In this document: positions 46,880 through 58,183 of the stretch, one piece after another
How positions within the stretch are numbered: the stretch's first letter is position 1
Layout of the letters: every line of letters begins with the position of its first letter
Assembly: GCA_038087875.1 (NCBI GenBank)
Contig: CM075990.1
Coordinates: 1,800,159-1,864,000 of the forward strand
Origin: Malacoraja senta
Taxonomy: Eukaryota
Direction of reading: 5' to 3'
DNA length: 63,842 nt
Notes under the pieces: generated by a model
Told to the model about the DNA's origin: nothing
Databases searched by the model: none
The model's input: the letters and a program-made list of their open reading frames with translations, nothing else
Made by a program: the position numbers and the translations under genes

Positions 46880-49800
46880 GCCTGTCTACTCTGCTTGAAT
46901 TTAGCCCATAACCCTTTAAATCATTTCTATCTCTATATCTGCACAAATGTCTTTTGAAAATGTCATTGTATCTGTTTCAATAGCATTCTCTCAGAGCTCT
47001 GAGAACTCCGAATATCATCCCAGTGCACATCGCCCCTGAATTCCCTGTATATTTTTTCACTCTCACATAATGCCCAGTTTTAGAATCCTCTACTCTGAAG
47101 AGGACTGTGCCCAGTCCGAGTAACATCCAATGCCATAACATCATACTTATTAGAGGGCGACCAAAACTGCACGCAGTAATGCAAGTGTGGCCTCCCCAAA
47201 GACCCGAATTACCGAACTTCATGTTATACTCCCACTATTCCCTCCCCAGAGCCCTCCCATTTGGAGTTGTAGAACCATACAGCAAAAAAAGAGGCACGTC
47301 GGCCCAACTCCCCATTCCGAACAAGATGCCCCATCAACACTAGTCTTACCTGTCAGCCTATGGCCCATATGACACCAACACTTTCTCATCGGTGTGTTTC
47401 TCAAAATCGTTTAAATGTTGTTAGAGACCTGTCTCAACTGCAGCTCATTCCATAAACACAACGCCCTCTGTGTGAAAAAGATGCCCTCGATTACCTAGAA
47501 AATCTTGCTCTTTCTCATCTTAAAACTGTCTTCTGGTTCTCGCTTTCTCTACTCGGGATACAAGACTCCGCGTATTCACCCTATCTATTTCCATCATGAT
47601 TTTATACACCTCTATAAAATAGTCCCTCAGCCTCCCTACCTGCAAGGAATATAGTCCTAACCTGCCCAACCTCTCCCTATAGTCCAGGTTTTCAATTTCT
47701 GGTACGTCCTCGTAAATGTTCTCTGCATTCTTTCCAACTTAGCAACATCCTACCCGTAGCAAGGTGACTACTGCTGCACACACTATTTCAAAAGCAGCCT
47801 CTCCAGTGTCTTGTACAAATGTGACATAACATCCCAATTGCTGTACTCAGTGCCCAGGCTGATGAAGGTCAATGTACTGTGAGCAGTCATGACCATCATA
47901 TCCACCTGTGATGGGTCTTTCTAGAAACTATGTACTTGCACACCTAGATTCATCTGCTCTACAACACTCCACCGGGCCCTGCCATTCACAATAGACAATA
48001 GACAATAGGTGCAGGAGTAGGCCATTCGGCCCTTCGAGCCAGCACCGCCATTCAATGTGATCATGGCTGATCATCCCCAATCAGTACCCCGTTCCTGCCT
48101 TTTCCCCATATCCCCTGACTCCGCTATCTTTAAGTGCCCTATCCAGCTCTCTCTTGAAACTATCCAGAGAACCTGCCTCTGCCACCCTCTGCGGCAGAGA
48201 ATTCCACACACTCACAACTCTCTGTGAGAAAAAGTGTTTCCACGTCTCCGTTCTAAATGGCTTACCCCTTATTCTTAAACTGTGCCCCCTGGTTCTAGAC
48301 TCCCCAACATTTGGAACATGTTTCCTGCCTCCACAATCCCTTCACAATCTTATATGTTTCAATAAGATCCCCTCTCATCCTAAACTCCAGAGTGTACAAG
48401 CCCAGTTACTTTATTTTCTCAGCATATGACAGTCCAGCCAACCCGGGAATTAACCTTGTAAACCTACGCTGCACTCCCTCAATAGCAAGAATGTCCTTCC
48501 TCAAATTAGGGGACCAAAAATGCACACAATACTCCAGGTGTGGTCTCACTAGGACTCTGTACAGCTGCAGAAGGACCTCTTTGCTCCTATACTCGACTCC
48601 TCTTGTTATAAAGGCCAACATGCCATTCGCTTTCTTCATTGCCTGCTGTACCTTTCATCGACTGGACCGCCAGATCCCGCTGTACTTCCCCTTTTCCCAA
48701 CTTGACGCCATTTAGATAGTAATCTGCCTTTCTTTTTTTGCTACCAAAATGGATAACCTCACATTTCTCCACATTAAACGTCATCTGCCATGCATCTGCC
48801 CACTCCCCCATCCTGTCCAAGTAACCCTGCAATCTCATAGCATCCTCCTCACAGTTCACACTGCCACCCAGCTTTGTGTCATCTGCGAAATTTGCTAATG
48901 TTACTTTGAATCCCTTCATCCAAATCATTGATGTATATTGTAAATAGCTGTGGTCCCAGCACCGAGCCTTGCGGTACCCCACTAGTCACTGCCTGCCATT
49001 CTGAAAGGGACCCGTTAATCCCCACTCTCTGTTTCCTGTCTGCCAACCAATTTTCTATCCATGTCAGCACTCCACCCCCAATATCATGTGCCTTAATTTT
49101 GCCCACTAATCTCTTGTATGGGACCTTATCAAATGCTTTGGGCAAATGCTTATCATTGCAATGTTGGGCGAGTCCAGAACCAGGGGACACAGTCTTAGAA
49201 TAAAGGGGAGGTCATTTAGGACTGAGGTGAGAAAAAATGTTTTCATCCAGAGAGTTGTGAATTTATGGAATTCCCTGCCACAGAGGGCAGTGGAGGCCAA
49301 GTCACTGGATGGGTTTAAGAGAGAGTTAGATAGAACTCTAGGGGCTAGTGGAGTCAAGGGATATGGGGAGAAGGCAGGCACGGGTTATTGATTGGGAACG
49401 ATCAGCCATGATCACAATGAATGGCGGTGCTGGCTCGAAGGGCCGAATGGCCTCCCCTGCACCTATTTTCTATGTTTCTATGATTCTATGCTTTCTGAAA
49501 GTCCAGGTACACTACATCCACTGGCTCTCCCTTGTCCATTTCCCTAGTTACATCTTCAAAAAATTCCAGAAGATTAGTCGAGCATGATTTCCCCTTCGTA
49601 AATCCATGCTGACTCGGACCTATCCTGTTACTGCTATCCAAATGTGCGGCTATTTCATCGCTTATAATTGACTCTTCCCCACCACCGATGTCAGGCTAAC
49701 TGGTCTATAATTCCCTGTTTTCTTTCTCCCGCCTTTCTTAAAAAGTGGGATAACATTAGTTACCCTCCAATCCACAGGATTAGCTACCCTCCAATCCACT

Positions 49801-50470
49801 GTGTAGTCCTGCCCCGGTTCGAATTCCCCAAATGAAACACCTCACACTTATCTGCATATAGCTGCATTAAATATTCATCTGACCACTTGCCCAACTGATT
49901 ACCATCCTGCTGTAATTATTGATAACTATTTTTACTATCTACAATACAGCCAACTTTTGTGCCATCTGCAACTTTCTAATCATACCTTCTACAGGTATAT
50001 ACTCATGCATATTGTTCATATAAGCCAGAAACAGCAACCTACCCAGCACCGATCACCAACGCACACAACTAGTCACAGGCGTCCAGTCGTGGTCCCCTAA
50101 TTTGGTCTCCTAATTTGAGGAAGGACATCCTTGCTATCCTTCCCTGTGGCAATTTTTCTATCCAGTCGCCTAGCTCTCCCTGGCCCCCATCCAATCTAAA
50201 CGTCAGGTGAAGCTTACCATGCCGATACCTGATCAAATACATTATCCCATGCCATCAATGACTGCGCTTGTGCCCTCAATTTATTTCTTCAAAAATCTCA
50301 ATCAGATTCATAAAGGGGTTCATTAAATGTAACATCTCCAAATTTGCGGATTACTCTAAGCTGTGTGGCAGTGTAAGCTGCGAGGAGGATGCTATGATGC
50401 TGCAGGGTGACTTGGATAGGTTGGACGATTGGGCAGGTGCATGGCAGATACAGTATAATGTGGATAAATG
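46880..50470 (-). mobile_element. Nested CR1 fragments, mostly minus strand (plus-strand CR1 3' end at ~49140-49490)
   Basis: RT motifs in ORFs 48406-48639, 48587-48982 and 48879-49190; CR1 tails. Confidence 0.8.
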
Positions 50471-50474
50471 TTAT

Positions 50475-51195
50475 CCATTTGCCTCAGAGCCATGCTCGGT
50501 AGATTAGCCATGACTGCTACTGCTGAACAATCCTGACAGGTCATCCAACCCAATTATATCCAAAAGCGCACGTCTGTTTTGAATGATAATGGCCCCAGGT
50601 GTCCCCTGCACTCTCTGTCTATTTGCTTTTCCTCGCTGTCGCCCAACAACTCTCTTCCTGTATCTAAGCCGTGACCTTTTCCCGACAACGCCAATCTAAG
50701 AAGCGCTAATTTTGCCAAATGAACCCGAGATCGCTCAGCTGCACCATCTGGCCCCTAATGCAGTTCTAAGAAGCTGCACCTGGCCACAAATTCTGCAGGT
50801 ATTGTCATCGGGGATACAAGCAATTTATTTGAGTTCACACATACTGCAGAAGGAACATTGGACCTTTCCACCTGCTATTGTTACTGCAGTTAAATCCAGA
50901 GATATTAATACAATAATCACACAAAAGAAACAGCAGCAATGAGTCAAAGCCGTACATATACACTCAAGACATCCTCTCCTCTCCTCTCATTCGCCCCTCC
51001 TCCGCCACCTCGCCTTGCCGCCAAACACGACTGCTCCCAATAAGCCGCTCTGCTACATATTGTCTTCTTTTTTATTGGGTGTTTAATTAGCCAATATGTC
51101 ATTTAACCAAATCATCGACAGCTTTCTTTTTAAATCACCCATTGCTACATCTAACAGAAATGCACAGACTCAACGAATTCAACGATTGCCTTATG
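50475..51195 (-). mobile_element. Decayed CR1 5' UTR/ORF1, inverted paralog of 30700-30974 plus 37363-37760
   Basis: High collinear identity; lacks the L1 insertion (empty site at ~50856-50872). Confidence 0.8.
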
Positions 51196-51249
51196 AAATC
51201 TGGATCTGGATGTAGCACACTGAAAAGCTCTAGGTAGAGCATCACTCAG

Positions 51250-53460
51250 CATTATGATGGTGGTGGACATGCTAGTCGAGATGGAGATGCTTTTGGAGTT
51301 GCATCTTTGTATGTATTGATATTTTGGAGGTCTCTGATTGTGGCTGGTTGGGTATTCCAATCCCTTGCTGTCTTGAAGAAAAATGAGTTAGAAAGTGCTA
51401 ATGAAGTGCCCTGTGGAATAAAATAATTTCCAGGTTGGTAGCTTCTGGTTGACATGCCTATGGGTGTTGGGTTAACTGGATGTGGTCCTCCATCTTTAAA
51501 TCAATAGTGGTATTCTTGATCTTGTGGAATGTTGTCAGTCTGATGAACTTGCGACGAGTAGTAGGTGGATGAAGTTTAAGGTCCTTTATCATGCTGGAGT
51601 CTGAGCTCTGCCACTTGTAGTTGTTTGTTATGAATCTTGCTGCTCCGTTTTGCGCTGCCTGGATGTTATTGATGTTCCCTTGAAAGGATCCCTCACGGAG
51701 CAGCAATATTCAACGTGTGGACATACAAGGCTTTTATATGCGTGGATCTTAACGTCTTTGGGAGCATTTTGCAGATTGCGACGTAGAAAGCTGATGACAC
51801 TGCCGGCTTTGTCTGTTGCCCCTTCAACATGCTTGATCCATTTCATGTTTTCAGACAAAGTAACTCCTAAGTATTTATGACTAGAAACTGCCTCTAGTTG
51901 ATGTCCAGGAAGTGTATAAGAATGATGGATTGGTTTAGATTTCCTAGTAAAACGCATGACATTACATTTTTCTGGTTCAAACATCATTTGCCATTTCTTC
52001 TCCCATCTCTCCAATGAGCGCAGATCTTTTCAAAGCGTCAGGCAATCATCATGAGACTTGATCGGTCGATAAACCACACAGTCGTCGGCAAAGAGGCAGA
52101 CCTCAGATGTGATGTTATCTGTGAGATTGTTAATGTAGACTAAAAACAGCAGCGGTCCCAGCACAGTGCGCTGTGGTACGCCAGAGTCGACATGGGATTG
52201 TTTTGAGGAAGTTCCCTGGACTACAACCGACTGCTCCCAGTCAGTTAAAAAGCCAGTTATCCAGGAGTGAAGTGAGCCCTCTACACCAAAGTATTTGAGA
52301 CGGCGAAGAAGCCTCTGATGTGGAATGGTGTCGAAAGCTTTTGCAAAATCTAGCACCACTGCGTCCACTTGTTTGGTTTATTCCACAGAGCTGAAGATTT
52401 GGTGAATGGTAGTTATCAGCTGGGATTCACATGACCGTCTGGCCCGGAAACCATGTTGAGGATGTTGTTTCTCTCCAGGTGTCCCATGATGTGTGGATAG
52501 ATGACATGCTCTAATAGTTTACAACAAACTGAGGTGAGCAATACCGGCCAGTAATTTGCAGGACCAGTTCACCTCCATTTCTTAAATGAAGCAGTGATGT
52601 CGGCTTGCCTCCAATTACGAGGTAGCTCACCGGTCTGAACACTCCGGTAGAAGATGATTTGCAAAATGGGTGCCACGTAAGTATTCTTGGAGAGATGCCA
52701 TCTGGACCAGAGGCTTTGTTTGCATCAAGATTCTTAAGAAGTTTCATTATACCCTCAGTAGGGATGGACAGATCAGAAATCCTTGGAGCCTGTCTAGGTC
52801 CTGATGAGGGGATGCTAGTGGTGTCTTCTTTGGTAAAAGTAGACTGGTATTGTTTACTAAGTGCCTCTGCATTTTCTTTGGGGGTACTAATTTGCCTTTA
52901 AATTGAAGGGCAGCAATTCCACTTGAATCATGTCTCTTTTGCTTGATGAATGACCAAAACTTCTTAACATTGGTTTTAAGGGAGTCAAAGACAGTGGTCG
53001 ACAAGTTCAGCTTTGCGAAGTTCTACTGAACCTGCTTACGAAGTTGTTTATAACGACGCCACTGACAAGAAGAACCCTCAGATTTGGCAGTATAGAAAGC
53101 TCTGTTCTTCTTCCTGGTGAGCCGTGTTAAGGGCTTGTTCATCCAAGGCAGATTGTAGCTAGAGATTTTGTATTTTGATGGAACATTAGACTCCTGGGAT
53201 GAGTTGATGGCCTCTATGAAACACCACCAGTTTTCTTCAACAGATCTGTTACCATGCACATCTAGGAAGGATTTGCAGAAGTTCTCCATCTCCTTCTGGA
53301 GGTCGGGAGCATTAGCTTTGTGCCAAAGATAGATCCTACAGCGTTCGGTCTTCTGAATAGTTGGTCGTAGGGAAGCTTAAACGGTCATTCTGAGATGATC
53401 CGATATGCCAGCTTCAGTTACTACGGGGTTTGTCACCAGTAGCAAGTCAAGAATATTCCT
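51250..53460 (-). mobile_element. Divergent CR1-group LINE ORF2 remnant unlike the other CR1s here
   Basis: LDFAKAFD, SGVPQ..LGPLLFL, LFADDC, KYLGV, FLRRNL..AYKSLV.P..EYC. Confidence 0.8.
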
Positions 53461-53514
53461 TACACTATAGGATCTCGTCTGGTGGTTGTGGTCAGGCTCA
53501 AAAGCACAGTGTAA

Positions 53515-54357
53515 ATGAGAAATCCTGAATCAAATCCAGATGGGCCTCCCGAGCACCCCGTAGCGGCCCGATGTTCATGCCCTCTCGCCGGGAACGATGG
53601 AACCCCGACATCGAACGGGAGAACATCCTTAGCGGCTTTAAAATCTTTCCCCTGCACGGGAGACCCGACCTTTTCTTTGTCGGGTCTCCATTGTCCTTGG
53701 GGCTGGGCAACGTGGAGCGGCCTCCAGCAGGAACGACCTGGGCCTCCAGTTGCGGAGCTGCGGACTACTCACCGTCACGGGGCTGGCCGAGTCCGGAGCG
53801 GGTGGAGCTGTGGTGGAAACAATCGCTGCTGCTACCCGACCCCTGGAGATTCGGAGGCCACAGCCGCGGGTCTGGCGGACGGCAACACCGGAAGCCCGCG
53901 GGTCCCTGGGGGGAGACCGCTTTTCGGGGCTTCCGCAGCGGCGACTTCTCCCGCCCGAGTTGCGGGGTTGAAGAGCACCTGGAGCGGGGCTTTACATCGT
54001 CGCCCCGCGCGGCTTGGAGTGGCCGCGGTACTTTGCGAGCGCGCGCCGGGGCTCTAACACCAAGACCCGGTGCGCGACCTTGCATTAACCGGCGTGGCTT
54101 TAATGGTCGGGGGATAATCACCATCGCCCGCCGGGGCTTTGACTTTGACATGGGGGGGGGGGGAGTGCAGTGGAGAGATACGTTTTTTTGCCTTCCATCA
54201 CAGCGCTGTGATGGATGTATGTGTAAATTGTGTTGTGTCTCGGGTCTTCTTCGTTTTGTAATGTATGGCTGCAAAAACGATATTTCGTTTGGACCTCGAG
54301 GGGTCCAAATGACAAATTTGTTCAAATGACAAATAAAAATAATTGAATTGAATTGAG
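53515..54357 (+). mobile_element. GC-rich non-autonomous retroposon with (AATTG)n tail
   Basis: No credible protein; LINE-like tail ATGACAAATAAA..(AATTG)n shared with 28764-28935. Confidence 0.6.
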
Positions 54358-54579
54358 GTCAAGCATTCCAACAGCTGCTACTCGAAATCTGCAGCTGCTA
54401 CTCCGACACAGAAATTCACTGACTCAACCAATCCAACTACTGCCTTTTAAAACCACCTGCTGCTGCTGCGACACTGAAAAAGGCTAACGCAAACAATCCA
54501 TGCAATTTTCCAATGCCTTTTTTTTCTCCCATCATCTTTCAAACCGCAGTCAACCTACTCCATTTCAAAACTTTGCACA

Positions 54580-55570
54580 CTGGTGGGCGATGGTGGAAGG
54601 TAGCTTCTCGGACTGGAGACCTGTGATTAGTGTTGCTACAGGGTTCAGGGCTGGGCCCGTTACTATTTCTCATCTACATCAACGTTTTCTGATGATACAA
54701 ACGTGGGTGGTTTTGCAGACAGTGAAGATAGTTGTGAAACATTGCAGCAGGATCTTGATCGTTTAGCCAGGTGGGCTGAGGAATGGTTGATGTAATTTCA
54801 TACAGAGAGGTGTTGCATTTTGGAACACCTAACAATGGCAGGACCTACACAGTGAATGGTAGGCCTCCTGGGAGTGTTCTAGAGAGATCAAGGAGTACAG
54901 GTGCATAGTTCCTTGAAGGTCGAGTCACGTGTATACAAGGTGGTAAAAAAGGCTTTTGGCACATTGGCCTTCATCAGTCAGAGTATTGAGTACAGATATG
55001 GGAGGTCATGTTGCAGTTATGAATAGAGACCGCATTTAGAGTATTATTTTCTGTTCTGGGCAGCATATAATAGGAAAGATATTGTCAGGTTCAGAGAAAA
55101 TTTACGAGGATGTTTCCATGGCTAAAGGGTTTCAGCTATAGAGGTTGAGTACGCTGGGTCTCTATTCATTGGAGCGCAGGAGGATGAGGAGTGATTTTAT
55201 ACAGGTGTATACAATCATGAGAGGAACAAATAGGGGAGATGCACAAAATGTCTTGCCCAGAGTATGGGAAACGAGGACTAGAGGACATAGGTTCAAGGTG
55301 GTAGAAAATATTTAATAGGTAACCTTTTCACACAGAGGGTGGTGAGGGTATGGATCAAACTGCCAGAGGAGTTAGTTGAGCCGGGGACTATCCCAACGTT
55401 TAAGAAACATTTAGACAGTTACATGGATATAACAAGTTTGGAGGGATATGGACCAAGCGCATGCAGCTGGGACTATTGCAGTTGGGTCGTGTTGGCCAGT
55501 GTGGGCAAGTTGGGCCGAAGGACCTGTTTCCACACTGTATCACTCTATGACTATGATTCTATGAATCTAT
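54580..55570 (+). mobile_element. CR1 RT/3' fragment
   Basis: Homologous to 22280-23430; (CTATGA)n tail. Confidence 0.8.
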
Positions 55571-57072
55571 CACAGATGTCTGCCCAGAGTCATGGGTGAA
55601 GTAAGATTAATTGTGCGTATTCACAGCGAACAACGAAATTCTTAGCATAGCAGGCTTGAAATCGCAATATACATAGATAATATAAAATAAACACAAAAAA
55701 TAATGCTCTAATACCAATTGAAATGCAAAAACAGGAAGTCCGTAGTGCAACCAAAGAGAGTCCAAGCCCATTGTTAAGGTTCGTAGCTTATAGTGTTTAA
55801 GAGCCCGATGGTTGCTATTTTGAACTTGATGAAAGTTAACTGACAGTCACTTGATCCTCCAGACGTTGAGAGCAAGATTCGTGTTCTGACATAATTCAAT
55901 CAGATTTGTAGCCTCCTACCTCCACTCTAATTCGTCGCTACCCGTTATTTGTGCAGCAGTGTGTGAAGTATATCTGGCCTTATAATGACTAAAGCAGGCA
56001 AACGAGCACGTAGGTGTTCATGTGCTGATGGCTATCGAGGAGGAAATCCGATTATCAATTCTTATTGATTGTAGTCCGCTGTAAGGAAGTCGATGATTTA
56101 GTTGATCGACGTCTTATTGTGCCTCGAGTACATCACAAAGTTTGCGCCACCCGCATATTTATGTATAATGCCATCGCTATATTTGTCCTCATCGAACGCG
56201 AATCTCACTACTTGGCAAGGTTTGTCTAATCTAGTTTCAGACTAATCTGCCCTGGGAAATGTCTGTAAGCATTCACATCTATATTCCGTATTATTTTATA
56301 AAACCCTATCGGGTCACTCCTCAGCCTCCTTCCCTCCTTCCCTCCACGGAAAGCATTCCCAGTTGTCCTGGCTAAATTGATGTTCCCGCCACATCCTTAT
56401 GGAGCTTTCCTGCTCTATTTCTAGCTGAATCACATCATCGCTCTAGTATGTGTGCCAGAACTGCACACCATGCCCCTTTCACGATCTCGCCAACGTATTC
56501 TACAGTTGAACCATGACGTCCCAAATCTTGCACACAATGCTCCGTCCGATGAGGTGAAGCGGACGACATACCATTTTGCCACCTTTCGTCTCTATGTCGC
56601 CCCGTTTTGAGGACTAAATACACAAGACTTACGTTTACGTTTCACTGTTTTACACGATTCCCCACGTACCTGCCATCTATTGTCCACATTCTACCCTGGT
56701 TTAACTTGCCAAAAAATGCACCACTTCGCAGCTGTTTGAGATAACTTCCATCTGCCATTGCTATTGCCCACTTTCCAAGTTAATCTATTTATTGTTGCAC
56801 GTCATAAATTGTTCAGTATTCTCCAGCACACCACCAATTTCAACCTTCCAAATCATGCAACTTGCATCTTCATCTAAATCGTTAATATGTGTTTTCAACA
56901 ACACCGGGCCCAGCACCGATACCTGCAGCATACCGTTGATCACTTCCCTCCAATCTGAAGAGCTACTCTCCACAAAACACAGTCTGGCGCCTATCGCCGC
57001 GCCAAGTCTTAAGCCACAAGACTATGCTTCAATAAAAAAGATCCTGGAAGAAGTCAGAATTGATACACTTAC

Positions 57073-57181
57073 CTTGGTATATGAGCCTTCCCTTCACTTC
57101 ATTTTCATCCGAACGGTAAAGTTGCAGATGCAGCGACAGAAGAACGCCTAAAACCAACAGAAGCGTGTTCATCTTCAGCAT
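57073..57181 (-). CDS. Beta-defensin exon 1 (signal peptide and short acidic propiece) MLKMNTLLLVLGVLLSLHLQLYRSDENEVKGRLIYQ
   Basis: ATG 57181-57179; hydrophobic core; consensus donor CAAG/GTAAGT; phase 1 matches exon 2 (G+AT = Asp). Pairing with exon 2 across 12.2 kb is inferred. Confidence 0.8.
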
Positions 57182-57983
57182 ATTTCCCTGCTCACATTGA
57201 CGTGGGTACTTTACTGGAACTCTTTAAAAGTACTCTGCGAACGGTGCAGTTGATTTGTGCAAGTTCGCATTGAAACACTAAGCTCGAAGCTGATCGCGAG
57301 CAGTTTGTTATTACCACATTGAGGAGCCAGTCTGTGTAATAATTGAACAGTGAAATTGTAATGTAACATCTTGTGTGTCCGGTGGCAGGTGCACAATCTC
57401 CAAACAGAATTCATTATATTACCATGGAGTGGAAATATTTACCCATCATGTGTGTCAGGTGGCCCATATCACCAGAGAAATGGTCTCGTTCCCACAGATC
57501 GGCCATTTCAGAGAACCAGACTAACGTGGACTTGCGAAACGTGTCAGTAAACTCAAGTTGTGCTCGCCGCCAGATGGCAATTTTAATTCTTAGATGGCAA
57601 TTCTTGACCTCACTGTCCAGGTGATAGACTACTGACAGACATCCACTATAACCCCACTGACTTCCATGTCTATCTGGACTACACTTCTTCCCACCCTGGC
57701 GGTTTAATACCAGATGGTATTAAAACCGTGGCCCAGCAATTCATCCATAGCGCTCGGTGCCTGAGCGAAACATCTGGACACGTATTAAATGCACCCAACA
57801 ACCGAATTTCATCCACTTTTTCACGCTGTACACACCAGGTTCTTATCCCAATTCCATGAAGGATTCTTCCCACATCTCCCCCTAAATCACGTCATGCTTA
57901 CCATAAATCTAGATTGTATCGGTTTATCTGCCTCTGCTAGGAGATTGCCGCAATATACACAACTCCCTGTTGTTTAAAAAGGA

Positions 57984-58183
57984 NNNNNNNNNNNNNNNNN
58001 NNNNNNNNNNNNNNNNNNNNNNNNNNNNNNNNNNNNNNNNNNNNNNNNNNNNNNNNNNNNNNNNNNNNNNNNNNNNNNNNNNNNNNNNNNNNNNNNNNNN
58101 NNNNNNNNNNNNNNNNNNNNNNNNNNNNNNNNNNNNNNNNNNNNNNNNNNNNNNNNNNNNNNNNNNNNNNNNNNNNNNNNNNN
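57984..58183. other. Assembly gap (200 N)
   Basis: N run. Confidence 0.99.

Noticed and set aside
53515..54329. Overlapping 180-252-aa ORFs
   Set aside because: GC-rich repeat open in several frames on both strands, with no protein motifs
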